Assembly: GCA_951406725.2 (NCBI GenBank)
Contig: OX597838.1
Coordinates: forward strand, 16,244,001 to 16,308,000
Reading direction: 5' to 3'
Length of the DNA stretch: 64,000 nucleotides
DNA from: Octopus vulgaris
Taxonomy: Eukaryota
Shown here: one piece after another, positions 1-13,590 of the stretch
How the letters are laid out: each line of letters begins with the position of its first letter
How positions within the stretch are numbered: position 1 is the first letter of the stretch
Made by a program: the position numbers and the translations under genes
The notes under the pieces: model-generated
Seen by the model: only the letters and a program-made list of their open reading frames with translations
Databases searched by the model: none
What the model was told of the DNA's origin: nothing

Positions 1-178
1 CAACACATTCCAGGCAAACGAATTGAACCTTTAGTACTTTTAAAAAATATATTTTAGTGATAGAGGCAATATTAATACCAAGAGGTAATATCTATCCCCA
101 CTAAAATGTGGATGTTCTGTTATAACAAACTATGTTGTGGTAGATACCATGAGAGAAACTTTCATATTGGCGTTTGGT

Positions 179-563
179 GTGGAGGCGCAATGGCCCAGTG
201 GTTAGGTCAGCGGACTCGCAGTCAGAGGATCGCGGTTTCGATTCCCAGACCAGGCGTTGTGAGTGTTTATTGAGCGAAAACACCTAAAGCACTACGAGGT
301 TCCGGCAGGGGATGGTGGTGATCCCTGCTGTACTCTTTCACCACAACTTTCTCTCACTCTTACTTCCTGTTTCTGTTGTACCTGTATTTCAAAGGGCCGG
401 CCTTGTCACTCTCTGCGTCACGCTGAATATCCCCGAGAACTACGTTAAGGGTACACGTGTCTGTGGAGTGCTCAGCCACTTGCACGTTAATTTCACGAGC
501 AGGCTGTTCCGTTGATTCGGATCAACCGGAACCCTCGTCGTCGTAACCGACGGAGTGCTTCCC
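179..563 (+). mobile_element. Full-length tRNA-derived SINE
   Basis: A box TGGCCCAGTGG and B-box-like GGTTTCGATTCCC. 3' hairpin GTTCCGTTGAT-TCGG-ATCAACCGGAAC. 13-bp TSD ATTGGC(G/A)TTTGGT at 166-178 and 564-576. Confidence 0.85.
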
Positions 564-1326
564 ATTGGCATTTGGTACCAAATGCAGTCTTGTTTATAGC
601 ACTTGCAAAGAGACACGCCCATGCTATCTCCAGTGCTGAGACCACCAGATCATGTGATTTTGACCTTTCTTGGTCTTGTCAATGATGGACGCTCAACCAC
701 TACAGGTAAGTAACAGTGACTCATCTTCCTACCAATGGTATGTAGAAAAACAGTTCTAGAACAGGCGCTGTTTAAAAATATATTAGTGACAGAAGCTGTA
801 TTAATTAACCAGAGGTAGTATTTATCCTGACTAAGGCAACGAACTGGCAGAAACGTGCACACGCACACAACTTTAACAGGTTTCTACACATAATTACTGT
901 CAAGTGAATTCCATACAAAAGGTATTGGTTAATCTGTTAATCTGGTGTTCCAAAAGGAATCTTGCCTAGAACCAGTACCGAACCTAGAGCCAGATGGTTA
1001 CTAAGAAAACTTCGTAACTACACAGCTATGCCTGCACCCATAAAATTGATGATGATGATGATAGCAAGAATGGAGAAACAGGATGTCTCCGAGATTAAAT
1101 ATGGTGATGACGATGACAACGACAAGCATGAAGAAAACAACAATAAGGACCAGGATATCTCAGAGATAATCAAGCAGTCTGACTGGTTACTCCATATTTA
1201 CTTTCCTCACTCCATCTTTTCCATTTTCATTAGGTGTAATCAATACTAAAATTATGACGTTTCAAACGGAAACAGATCGAAACACACCCTTTCTTACTTT
1301 CTCTCTCTCTCTCTCTCTCTATACAT

Positions 1327-1385
<59 letters not shown>

Positions 1386-1400
1386 TGTATGTATATGTAT

Positions 1401-1617
1401 ACTCTTTACTCTTTTACGTGTTTCAGTCATTTGGCTGTGGCCATGCTGGAGCACCGCCTTTTAGTCGAGCAAATCGACCCCAGGACTTATTCTTTGTAAG
1501 CCTAGTACTTATTCTATCGGTCTCTTTTGCCGAACCGCTAAGTTACGGGGACATAAACACACCACCATCGGTTGTCAAGCGATGTTGGGAGGGACAATCA
1601 CAGACACACAAACATAT

Positions 1618-1648
<31 letters not shown>

Positions 1649-1823
1649 CACATATATACAACGGGCTTCTTTCAGTTATCATCTACCAAATCCACTCACA
1701 AGGCTTTGGTCGGCCCAGGGCTATAAGTAGAAGACACTTGCCCAAGGTGCTACGCAGTGGGACTAAACCCGGAACCATGTGGTTCATAAGTAAGCTACTT
1801 ACCACACAGCCACTCCTACGCCT
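1401..1823 (-). mobile_element. tRNA-derived SINE family A, representative copy of about 20 in the window
   Basis: Head has A box TGGCTGTGTGG and B box GG(T)TYAGTCCC, then a CORE-like CCTTGGGCAAGTG, an internal (TA/TG)n tract and an (AAAGAGT)n tail. Other copies lie near 2310(+), 7490(-), 14074(-), 15675(-), 20515(-), 24435(-), 24775(-), 32240(-), 38835(+), 40208(+), 45888(-), 50830(+), 51670(-), 53600(+). Confidence 0.85.
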
Positions 1824-3596
1824 ATATATATATACACATACAAACACACCCTTAAGGACATACATTAATGTATGGAAACAACTGTCCTGTTGCCAGGTAT
1901 TACTTCGCTAATAAAACTAGTGTGTGTATGTAATATGCATGTAAAATAAACAACTCAGTACATGGAATAGGAGTTCATTTATGTGACCAGCACTGATGAT
2001 TCACACTGTTGCCATTCCGAGTTTCTTGCATTTGTTGAGTTCATTCGTACAGCAACAGGATGGATGCAATTGTTGAAATTTGGAACACAGTAAATAAACA
2101 CCCTGCATTTTCATTGGTCCATTCCAGTAACCGGAAATTATGTGCAAAAGTAAGAAACTTGGAGTAGCAACAGAGTGAGTCAGCTTTATATATATATATG
2201 TATGTATGTATGTATATACATATAAATGTATACAAGTATATATAAATAAACCACACATGTAAATGAACAGATATATTCACACACACACACACACACCCAC
2301 ATATATATACAGGCACAGGTATGTGTGTGTAGTAAGAATTTTGCTTCCCAACTACCTGGTTCCAGGCTCAGTCCCACTGCATGGCACCTTGGGCAAGTAT
2401 CTCCTACTATAGTCTTTGGCCAACCAAAGCTGTGTGAGTGGATTTGGTAAACAGAAACTGAAAGAATCCCATCGTATTGATATGTGTGTGTGGGTGTGTC
2501 TGTGTTTGTCCCCCACCCACCACTTGACAACTGGTGTTGGTGTGTTTATGTCCCCGTAACTCAGTGGTTTGGCAAAAGAGACTGATAGAATAAGTACGAG
2601 GCTTTAAAAAAAAAAGGGCTGGGGTCGATTTATTCAGCTAAAACAAAACGTTCAAAGTGGTGCCCCAGCATGGACACAGTCTGATGACTGAAACAAGAAA
2701 AAGAAAAAAGACATTTACACACACACACACACAGATATGTATACAAAGATATCGTTAGCACGCCGGGTGAAATGTTTAGCGGTATTTCGTCTGCTGCTAC
2801 GTTTTGAGTTCAAATTCCGCCGAGGTCGACTTTGCCTTTCATCCTCTCGGGGTCGATTAAATAAGTACCAGTTACGCACTGGGGTCAATATAATCGACTT
2901 AATCCATTTGTCTGTCCTTGTTTGTCCTCTCTGTGTTTAGCCCCTTGTGAGTAGTAAAGAAATAGATATATATGCAATGATGAGTGTGTTTGTGTATGTG
3001 TCACCGTGTAGTAGTTTAAGATTAGAATAATCAGGCTAAGTGATGTGCTAGTCTTATCCGAAGGTAGCTACCCCTCTGAGTGACTTGTTTATAACAGTCT
3101 AGATGTGTGAGAGAGGGAGTTGAAGAATGCATGCAAGAGCATGTGAGTGAATGAGCCACTGGGTGTGAATGAAAGAGCCAGTGAGTGTAAAAGTGTGAGT
3201 CATCATCATCATCATCATCGTTTAACGTCCATTTTCCATGCTAGCATGGGTTGGACGATTCGACCAGGGATCTGGGAAGCCAGAAGGCTGCACCAGGCTC
3301 CAGTCTGATCTGGCAGTGTTTCTACAGCTGGATGCCTTTCCTAACGCCAACCACTCCGTGAGTGTAGTGGGTGCTTTTTACGTGCCACCTGCACAGGGAG
3401 CATAATGCATGAGTTGATGAATGTAAATGTGTGTCAGTGAGAGTAAATGCATTGATTTGGTCAGCACAAATGTGTGAGTCTGTGAGTATGAATGCAGGAG
3501 TCAATGAGTCGGTAAGTATGAGTGTGTGAATCAGTGAATGTGAATGAATGTGTCAGAATGTGCAAGTGTATATGATAGAATGTGTAAGGGCATGAG

Positions 3597-3975
3597 TCAG
3601 AGTGCATGAGGGTACGAGTCAGAGTGCATGAGAGTACGAGTCAGAGGGCATGAGGGTACGAGTCAGAGTGCATGAGGGTACGAGTCAGAGTGCATGAGGG
3701 TACGAGTCAGAGTGCTTGAGGGTATGAGTCAGAGTGCATGAGGGTACGAGTCAGAGGGCATGAGGGTACGAGTCAGAGGGCATGAGGGTACGAGTCAGAG
3801 GGCATGAGGGTACGAGTCAGAGGGCATGAGGGTACGAGTCAGAGTGCATGAGGGTACGAGTCAGAGTGTATGAGGGTACGAGTCAGAGTGCATGAGGGTA
3901 CGAGTCAGAGTGCATGAGGGTACGAGTCAGAGTGCATGAGGGTACGAGTCAGAGTGCATGAAGGTATGAGTCAAA
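3597..3975. repeat. 22-bp minisatellite (AGTGCATGAGGGTACGAGTCAG)n, about 17 copies
   Basis: Direct reading. Degenerate units extend over ~3400-4530. Confidence 0.95.
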
Positions 3976-5220
3976 GTGAATGAGTGTCAGAGGCAGAGTG
4001 CATGAGCCAGTGTGTGTGTGTATGTGTGTGTGCATGCAAATGCATAAGGGAGAGTGTTAAGGTCATGAACCAGAGTACAGGAGTGTCTGAGTATCTGAGT
4101 CAGAGTGCAGGAACATCTAAGTCATGGTGCAGGAGTGCCTGAATCAGGTTGCAGGAGCACCCGAGTCAGAGTGCAGGAGTGCCCATGTCAGAGTGCAGGA
4201 ACGTCTGAGTCAGAGTGCTGAAGTGTCTGAGGCAGAACATGTGAGTGTGGGTATGTGTGAACGACTTGAGAGGGTGTTCAAATGAGAGAATGTCTTAATG
4301 TCTCAGGTTGTATATGAATACATGAATGAAAGTGTGTGTGTGTGTGTGTAAATGAGTCATAGTATTGTGTGAATGAGTCACAGTGTCTGCACCAATGAGT
4401 TCAAAGTGTCTATAGAAATGAGTCAGAATATTTGCTATGTCGGTGTATGCATATGTCAGTGTATGAATATGTCAGTGTGTGAATATGTCAGTGTGTGAAT
4501 ATGTCAGTGTATGAATATGTCAGTGTGTGAGTAGGTTTTTGTGAGTGTGTATATGTGTGTATATTACCATCACTACCACAATCACTTCTATTATTCTTCA
4601 TATCACCACAATGTTTCTTCCGATATTACCCACCCCACTCCCATTACATTGCACACACACCTACCCAACCAGCCAAGTCTTCAACAAATCTGTCAGAATC
4701 TATTATCATTTGCAAGGTTAACAACCTTAGCAGTTCTTTCATAATCTAGCTAATGGCATGGAATTGGCTCAAATTGCTAGAGCAGACAAAATGTCTTGTG
4801 GTATTCATATTCTAGTACCTTGAACCCTGATTTCAAATCAGGCCGAGGTCAAATTTTGCCTTTTCATCTTTCTATGGTCAATAAATAAAATACCAGTTTT
4901 GAGTCATGGATTTGTGGAAATGTTAGAACATCAGAGAAGAAGCCTTATGGCATTTATTCAGGATCTTTGTATTCTAAGTTCATATTCTACTGTGGGGTCC
5001 TATGGAGGAGGACGTGCCTAAGAGCTCTACCGTTACAGTTTTTTCCAGAAATAGCACATGAGATTGTATGAATGAATAAATGAATGAATGACCCAAACAA
5101 AAATTTTTTAATAAAAATAATAATAATAATGGTTTCAAATTTTGGCACAAGGCCAGCAATTTCGGAGGAGCGAATAAGTCAATTACATCAACCCCAGTGC
5201 TCAACTCGTATTTATTTTAT

Positions 5221-5455
5221 AAAGGTGGTGAGTTGGCAGATTCGTTAGCACGCCGGGCGAAATGCTTAGCAGTATTTCGTCTGCTGCTACGTTCTGAGTT
5301 CAAATTCCGCCGAGGTCGACTTTGCCTTTCATCCTTTCGGGTCGATTAAATAACTACCAGTTACTCACTGGGGTCGATATAATCGACTTAATCCGTTTGT
5401 CTGTCCTTGTTTGTCCCCTCTGTGTTTAGCCCTTTGTGGGTAGTAAAGAAATAGG
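5221..5455 (+). mobile_element. tRNA-derived SINE family B, nested in an older opposite-strand family B copy (~5128-5583)
   Basis: A-box-like TGGCAGATTCG, B box GAGTTCAAATTCC, central GCCTTTCATCCTTTCGGGTCGAT. TSD GTATTTATTTTAT on both sides, and the host copy resumes after it. Confidence 0.85.
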
Positions 5456-6283
5456 TATTTATTTTATCAACCCTGAAAGGATGAAAAGGCAAAGTCAACC
5501 TCAGCAGAATGTTAACTCAGAACATAAAGATGGATGAAATTCCATAAAGCAGCATCCTAACAATTCTGCCAGTTCACTGCCTTGATGACGATGATGATGA
5601 TGTGTTGCATATTTTAAAAAATCTTAAGTTCTTTCTCATTTTCAAAATTATTTGAACATATTTGAATATGTAAAAATGTTACAGGTAAGATTACACCTAT
5701 GAGAATTTTTTTTTTTTTTTAATAAACAATGTATTTTTTCCATTTCTTATCAGTTTTTAATCCATTTCTCAAGCTCTCATACATCAAGTTTGGTTTTAAC
5801 TTTTCTGATTTCTTGACAGCATTTAAGTAAATATGCAAAATCTCTTGATAGTGAAACAAGCAGGGCAATATTATTTGAGTTAATGATATTGTTACCTTTA
5901 ACAATCCAACTGTGAAAATAGTTACAGTTGCAGTAACATTTTTTTTTTCTTTTTTGCTTTGAGGTATTGATGTTCTTTTTCAACAAAAATGAGAAACAGA
6001 AGATCTTCAAGAAAATGCCATTGACCTATAAAACCTTTTGTCTTCTAACATTTAATACATTAAAACATCAAGTCCACAGACATGCTACCTCCCCTCTCTC
6101 TCTTTCTTACTCTCTGTCTTTGCCGTTTCTATTTCTACTGCAATCACTATCCTCCTTGGAACTGGATGGTTGTATCACACATCTACTGAAGCACTCCCGA
6201 TTCATTTATCTTTCCATCAACCATATTATAACTATCCCCCACTCACCAAGTTCTGCACTATCCCTTAATCCAACCCTTCCTTG

Positions 6284-6656
6284 TTTCCCTGGGCATGGAT
6301 TCACTGAAGCTCCGGCGTCTGGTGACGGACTTGGTAAACACCCACAAAGTTATCAACCACCTCACCAACAACAACACTGAACACCTTTTTGATCTCCATG
6401 TGTCTAACACACGTGGACATGCCTACAAAGTCAGAAAACAGCACAGCTCCCATGACTTTCGGAAACATTTTTTCATGCTCAGAGTTGCTGAAGCATGGAA
6501 TAAACTGCCTGCGTCAGTTGTTGACTGCCATGACACTGCATCCTTTAAGGCCCTCATGCTTTCCGAAATCCGCCGAAACTACACCTGATTATATATACAC
6601 TTTAGATGAATTGTAGTGCACCTGAGCACTGTACACAATTATTATTATTATTATTA
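6284..6656 (+). mobile_element. 5'-truncated CR1/L2-type LINE 3' end
   Basis: ORF 6295-6588 reads ..LRR..TRGH..K..FF..RV...WN.LP..VV....FK, the typical post-RT C-terminus. Short 3'UTR with (ATT)n tail. Candidate TSD TTCCTTG. A ~50-bp copy of the same tail lies at ~41330-41420 (-). Confidence 0.85.
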
Positions 6657-6912
6657 TTCCTTGCCAAAACATCATCCATTCCTCTTGAATTCTCTCCCTG
6701 CATCCTACATCCATTAATTCTTACTTTCTGAAGAGGAAGATTCTTAACTATTTGAGCTCACCTATGTGGGAGAGCAAGTGAAGGTCATATGTACAGGGCC
6801 ATCCTCCAGACTAAACAAAGATTTTCTTTATCATTGGAAATAACCCCTCATGTTATTTCTGATCTTACTTTAACTTTGACCTTTTAATTCATGCATGAAA
6901 AATGATATTTAA

Positions 6913-7029
6913 CCCTTTTGTTACTGTATTTATTTTGAGATGCTCTGTATTCTAATGCAAAACTTATGAAAACAAGACATTTGTACTACAGAGCCAGAGC
7001 CGATTTTGGCCGGGTTGGTAACAAAAGGG
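6913..7029. mobile_element. piggyBac-type MITE, second family (internally deleted copy)
   Basis: TTAA-CCCTTTTGTTAC...GTAACAAAAGGG-TTAA. A longer relative lies at 11076-11280, with end fragments at ~7140-7490, 16350-16835 and 51110-51340. Confidence 0.75.
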
Positions 7030-8080
7030 TTAAATGATTGTTCTCTTAGATGTAATATGGTTCAAATAAATGACCTTCAAGTCAGCAAATTAGCATTTTA
7101 ATTTCATGGCTACCACTGTGTCAGAATAGAAAATTCTTTTAAAAGAACCCTCTGGATCTATGATACAAACTTCTTGTTTTAAATTAAATCATTCATCAAA
7201 ATTTTATGTTATGCCCCAGACACTATTTTAATAATGACACAGTTATGTTATTAAATTCCTTGTTATTTACAAAATTAATTGAAGAAAAGGCAGCGTGCCA
7301 CAACAGAAATATGGCAACAAAAGTGTTAAGTGATTTAAATTAAAAATATCCATAAAAATTTTATGCTAATTTCTATTCCAGATGCCACCTTAATAATAAC
7401 AAAGATTATTTTAATTAAATTCTTCAATATTTTCAAAATGAATTGAATCAAAGACAGTATACACCAATAGGAATATGGTAACAATATATCCTTTTATTTG
7501 TTTCAGTCATTTGACTGCGGCCATGCTGGAGCACTGCCTTTAGTCGAGCAAATTGAACCCAGGACTTATTCTTTGAAAGCCTAGTACTTATTCTATCGGT
7601 CTTTCTTGCCGAACCTCTAAGTGACAGGGATGTAAACACACCAGCATCGGTTGTCAAGTGATGTTGGGGGGGGGGGGGGGACAAACACAGACACACAAAC
7701 ATACACACACACATATATGATGGGCTTCTTTCAGTTTCTGTCTACCAAATCCACTCACAAGGCTTTTGGTCAGCCCGAGACTATAGTAGAAGACACTTGC
7801 CCAAGGTGCCATGCAGTGGGACAGAACCCGGAACCATGTGGTTGGTAAGCAAGCTACTTACCACACAACCACTCCTGCGCCATCTACATAACCACTTAAC
7901 ACCCCTTAAATCAGATCCTATCATTTTAAATAAATTAAGAACATGTTACACAATTTGGCTTAAGATTTTTTTTTAAATAGTCGTAACTAGACAATTTTGA
8001 TCACACATTCTTGCTCAATCAGAGCTGCCCAGGAGCTAAATAATAAAATCTTTTTAAATACAAACATAGCTAATACAAAC

Positions 8081-8192
8081 CTTTTCTCCAACCATTTTAG
8101 TGGCTTGGTCAAGTTTTTTCTGGGTGAATATAATGGTAAAAACAGCATGTGAACGGCTGCTGGTTTCGTTCATGTTTGTAGCGGCAACGGTC
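8081..8192 (-). CDS. unc-104: Kinesin-3 coding exon 6 with switch I, (R)[37 protein letters not shown]
   Basis: ATCTTCAG acceptor and GTTTGT donor. 112 nt. Switch I motif NxxSSRSH. The next exon (switch II DLAGSE) was not found in 1-8080. Confidence 0.96.
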
Positions 8193-9882
8193 CTGAAGAT
8201 TAGGAAACACAAAGGAAAACAGAAAAGAAATTGAATAAAATTTCTTAGAAATAATTCAAATGAAATTAGAAAATAAAATATGCATGAAATATTTATTTTA
8301 TTCACACAATAAGAATCTAAAGAGGCAGGAAAATATTGTTTGACCAAAACTTCTGTATAGTATGGCATGGTTGGCTTGAACAAATCAATGAATATCTTTA
8401 TGTTAAGTTCTCAGATAAATACATCTCTTCTGTCCTCATCATCAACATCGTCTCTCTTTCCAACTACTCCTACACATCCTTATATAGTGTGGGGTAACCA
8501 TGTGGAGGTGTGTAGCCTAGTGGTTAGGGTATTTGGCTTTGGTCATAAGGTTGTAAGTTCAATTCCCAGCAGTGCAATGTGTCCTTGAGCAAGATACTTT
8601 ATTTCATGTTGCTCCAATCCACTCAACTGGCAAAAGTGAATAGTGTCATGCCAAATCTCCCCTGAGAACTACATTAATTCATCCCTAATTACCATTTTTA
8701 TTACAATATACGAAGCTAATTACCCAAAACATTAACTTAATTATAATCTCACATTTTTTTTATTCATTATTTTCTTTTTACCTCACATTAACAATTCATT
8801 ATCTTTATTTTAATGTATCTCCCCTTGTTGCTATGGGTTGAATAGGTTTACAATAAATTTCTTCACATCTCAACTGTGAAAACCAATTTTCTCAGATCAT
8901 ACACTGATTGCCTTTCTCCCAACATTTCTTATTTATCTACAATCTACAAGAACCACAAATGCTTCTCTTCCCTGCCATATCATATTTTGTTTCCTCCTAA
9001 TTTATACTATCTGCTCACCTTACACAGCCATTTGCCATGCCAGTAAACACCAGTGAATATATCTAAAGAAAGAGACAACTGAGTGTGGCTGTTTGGATGC
9101 TGAGAATTTGGCAGGACTCACTGGATATTGAACCTCTTTTGGCGACAGCACATTTTGGCATTGTAGGTAAACACACATACAAGCACACAGAAACAGACAC
9201 ATACAGTGAAAGAGAGAGATAGAGAGAGATAACAATTTATTAACTGATCATCATCATCATTTAACGTCCATTTTCCATGCTGGTATGGGCTGGATGGTTA
9301 GACAGAACTGGTAAGCCAGGGAGCTGCACCAGGTTCCAATCTAATTTGGATGCCTTTCCTAACACCAACCATTCTAAGAGTGCAGTGGGTGCTTTTTATA
9401 TGCCACTGGCATGGGTGCCAGTTATGTGACACCAGCATTGGCCATGACTACGGTCTCACTTGGCTTGGCAAGTCTTCTCAAGCATGGTATATCACCAAAG
9501 GTCCTGGTCACCTGTTACTGCCTCTGTGAGGCTCAACATTCGAATGGTGCTTTGTACATACCATTGGCACAGGATATCCCAAAACTCAAGCACATAGATA
9601 AATATGCTCAAATACTTAAACAAAAGGTAAAAATGAGAGAAATTTTAAAACAAGTGAAACATTAAAACATCTGATGCCAAATAAACCACCATTGAATCAG
9701 TGACACCAAACAGTATCATCAAAAGAGCTGTGCCAAAATGTCACATATCCATACATTTGATACCCAGTCACTTCTTAAACCAGTTTCCAGGTCAGCCATT
9801 TGCATAAATAAATTTTGTACAAACAAAGAACATAATCCACTCATTTGGCCCGAAAAGAAATAGGAAGACTTTCCTAACTTAC

Positions 9883-10061
9883 CTGGCTTTGTTGCCTTCA
9901 TCGATGAGTTTTCCGATGTCTTCAAAAGATTGTACGGCCAATTTAGAAAGGTCCTCGACATATGGACCTAATAATGGATGTTCTCTCACGCGAAGGTTGT
10001 TTTTGTTACTGGGGTTCAAAAGATCCCGTACACGCTCACAGTAAATTTCCATGTAGCTGAC
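9883..10061 (-). CDS. unc-104: Kinesin-3 coding exon 5, [59 protein letters not shown](R)
   Basis: TAATTTAG acceptor and GTAAGT donor. 179 nt. [11 protein letters not shown] and [18 protein letters not shown] are hallmarks of KIF1/unc-104. Confidence 0.97.
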
Positions 10062-10352
10062 CTAAATTACAAAAACCAGAAAAAAAGCATATAGTTTGTT
10101 GTTGTTGTTATTATTATTATTATTAATATTATGCTGGCACAATTATTAGCACACCAAACAAAATGTTCAGTAGCATTTCATCAGTCTCTACATTCTGAGT
10201 TCAAACTTCAACAAAGTCAACTTATCCTTTCATCCTTTCAAGATCAATGAGATAAGTACCAGTTGAACAATGGGGTTCAATGTAATCAACTAATCTCCTC
10301 CTGCAAAATTTCAGGCCTTCTGCCTTTAAAAGATAAGATTATTATTATTATT

Positions 10353-11036
10353 GAGTGAGAGAGCAGTGCATGCCATCAAAGTGACACTGGGATAAAATAT
10401 ACGAAGCCCAGTATAGCCATCATGACTACCTGTCTGAAGGGTACACCAGGCACATGCATCATAACCATATGTGCACGACATGATGATCTCATATCAAGAT
10501 TAACAGCTTCCAACTCCACTCTAAATAAATGATTCCTGCATCAGCAGAATATTGTAACAAGTCTTGTTCACAATTTACCAAATACTCTGTCATGTTTCTT
10601 CTTTAAATGTTAATGCACACGTGTACACTTATCAGGCCAAGTCCACCTTTAGCCCTCTTCATGTACAGCCTGTATAAGTTTGTATAAGTTTACCTGAGGA
10701 TGAAGGTAAACATGCATTGCCATCATCTTTCAAGTAATGCTCTCAAGTTGGTCAGTCTCTGCTCATGTCCATTTCAGAACAGATGCACTATAGCAAACTA
10801 CAGTGATAGCCCATATGTTGATGCCAGTCACAAGTTTCCTTGCATTGAGTTTTGACTTCAAGAGAAGTTTGAGGCACTTCAAATATGCAGTGGTGACCTT
10901 GTCTTTCATTTCTCTGTGCAAGATATTGTCCAGCTCTAGGGTCCCAAGGTGCTTGTACCCACCATCATCCAGGTTTCCCATCCACTCTCTGTTTGGCAGT
11001 TCTATGCCTCTACAATCGACTCTTTTCCCACATTTT
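10353..11036 (-). mobile_element. R4/Dong-like non-LTR retrotransposon remnant inserted in (TAA)n
   Basis: ORF 10763-10981 YKHLG.LE.D.I.H.EMK.K....Y...K.LLKSKLNA...V..IN.WA..V..YSA....WT matches the R4/Dong RT C-terminal pattern. Both ends abut TAA/ATT repeats, the known target of Dong elements. Confidence 0.75.
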
Positions 11037-11882
11037 AACTATTATTATCATTATTATTATTACTATTATTATTAACCCTTTTGTTACCAACCTGGCTGAA
11101 ACCAGCTCTGGCTCTAAGTACAAATGTTTTGTTACCATAAGTCTTGAATTAAAATCTTCCACCAAACTTTAGTCACAATTTATGTTCCTAACACTAGCTT
11201 ATTTTACTAAATTCTTTGTTATATTTAAAGTAATTGAAAGAAACACAGAGCATCTTAAAATAAATACAATAACGAAAGGGTAAAGGTGGTGAGCTGACAG
11301 GCTCATTAGCATGCCAGGTGAAATACTTAGCAGTATTTCATCTGCTGCTACATTCTGAGTTCAAATTCCACCGAGATCGACTTTGCCTTTTATCTGGGAG
11401 TCAATAAAATAAGTACCAGTTGAACACTGGGGTTGATGTAATAGACCCCTCCCCACCTCGAAAATTGCTGCCCTTGTGGCAAAATTTGAAACCCTTATTA
11501 TTATTATTATTATAGTATGCTAATACTATATGTAATAAAAGTGTGCAGAGCCTGGCCATGCTATTTTCTGTGTTTGAGTATAAGTCATGAGTTTTTTTGC
11601 TTTCTTTTTTTGTCTAAATTTATTGAAAAATAATTCCCACCAAACTAATTATTGCCATTTTCAATTCCTCCATTCTACTTGTCTCTATTTCCCAAAATAT
11701 TTATTTATATTTGGATAATTCCTCCATTCCTTTTTTGTAGATACTTTATCATCTGTTGGAACTGATACTCTTAACGGGAGACTTTAATTTCCTGACAGAC
11801 CTTGATGACAAGATCTGTTTGATTTCCTTTGAGATCTTTCAATTTACCTTAATCTTCCTTTATTATCATTATTATCAATATT

Positions 11883-12830
11883 TACACCCAAACGTTAAGA
11901 GCAGTCTTAAACATATCTTGGAGAACTTATGAGCGATGGCTAGAAGGATATTGAGTTTAACTTTATAACCAGCTGATCTAGCAAGCGGGGCCTCATATCA
12001 GTGAGGGGGGCTGGTGCGCATTGATGCCGTCGAGAGGCAGGCCCCGAAACGGCGCGCATTCTCTCCTGATGACCCCATACACTTGCTGGCTTCCGGTATA
12101 TGGAGCTTTCAACTGGTAGCACTTACATCTGCAAGTTGTTTGTAAAACATCTAACCTTATTCCATGCTAATTCTCTGAAATCCTATATAGTCCTTTAGTC
12201 GTACAAACATTCGTTTTGACTGTAGCGGTTAGCCCGTTCAGCTGATAATGTTTCATAAAACCAAAGCATGTCTTCAATTACCTCCACACTCATAAACTTA
12301 CTCCTTACTCCATTCTCTCCTGATGACCCCATACACTTGCTGGCTTCCGGTATACGGAGCTTTAAGGCGGAGGGCTGGCAGAAACGTTAACACATCGGGC
12401 GAAATGCTTAGCGGTATTTCATCTGCCGTTACGTTCTGAGTTCAAATTCCGCCGAGGTCGACTTTACCTTTCATCCTTTCGGGGTCGATAAATTAAGTAC
12501 CAGTTATGCACTGGGGTCGATGTAATCGACTTAATACCTATGTCTGTCCTTGTTTGTCCCCTCTGTGTTTAGCCCCTTGTGGGTAATAAAGAAATAGGTA
12601 TACGGAGCTTTTGACTGGTAGCACTTGCATGTGCAAGTTGTTTGCAAGACACCACAAGGAAACAGCTGTATGGAGATCTCCTGCCTGTTTCCACCAATAA
12701 AAAGGGAAAAACGCTTACAGTTTATGGGACATTCTTGGCAAACTAAACAAGAGCTGGCAAGTGACCAACTGCTATGGATGTCAAAGCATGACCATACTCG
12801 AACTGGTCGTATGAGCATAACGTATGCAAA
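11883..12830 (+). mobile_element. RTE-like LINE RT C-terminal fragment interrupted by a ~720-bp insert
   Basis: YTQTLRAVLNISWR at 11883-11924 continues after 12650 as TTRKQLYGDL../KREKRLQFMGHSWQTKQELASDQLLW..KH....GR..ITY. Confidence 0.75.
12364..12596 (+). mobile_element. SINE family B copy with 15-bp TSD
   Basis: TSD GGTATACGGAGCTTT at 12349-12363 and 12597-12611. Similar copies at ~2752-2964, 25118-25336 and 57463-57692. Confidence 0.9.
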
Positions 12831-13054
12831 TCAATATGTACTAGAACAGAAAGATTCAATGATGGTAATGATCTGCTTGTATTGATGTGTGTGTATGTGT
12901 GTGTGTGTCTGCATGTTAGTATTGGTAAGAACGTGTGCATTTATGTACATATGTGTTGCTGTGGTGGTTGTTGTTGTTGTTATTATTAGTAGTAGTAGTG
13001 CTTGGCTCCAAATCAGCATGATTCAGCAGACCACTAATAAAAGATGCCCCAAAT

Positions 13055-13133
13055 ATATATTTATATATATATATATATATACACACACACATATACATAT
13101 ATACACATATACATATATATACATACATATACA

Positions 13134-13165
<32 letters not shown>

Positions 13166-13249
13166 CATATACATACATATACACACATACATATATATAT
13201 ATACATATACACATATATATATATATACATATATATATATACATATACA

Positions 13250-13283
<34 letters not shown>

Positions 13284-13530
13284 CATATATATATACATAT
13301 ACATACATATACACACATATATATATACACACACACACACATATATATACACACACACATATATATACACACACACACACATATATATATATATATGAGT
13401 ATACGCATAGTTGCATATTATGTACGTGTGTGTGTGTATATATACATATATAGACACACAATGTCTATATAAGACAGATAGATACATATATATATGTGCA
13501 TCTGTAGATATGTGTGTGTGTGTGTGTGTG

Positions 13531-13587
<57 letters not shown>

Positions 13588-13590
13588 ACA
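13055..13590. repeat. Compound (TA)n/(CA)n microsatellite block
   Basis: Direct reading. It explains the overlapping YI/HT ORFs. Similar blocks at 26050-26740, 47070-47720 and 54020-54290. Confidence 0.95.

Noticed and set aside
179-260. tRNA-like sequence
   Set aside because: A and B boxes are present, but it continues into a SINE body bounded by a TSD and has no proper acceptor stem.
3597-3975. Regular repeat array resembling CRISPR (also 27040-27530)
   Set aside because: Contiguous units without unique spacers, eukaryotic context and no cas genes.
6725-6815. CTGAAGAGGA...TCCTCC possible hammerhead
   Set aside because: No GAAA core or stem III. At best a heavily decayed remnant.
1-8080. 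Search for the next kinesin exon (VSKISLVDLAGSER)
   Set aside because: No matching minus-strand segment was seen. It presumably lies beyond the window start.
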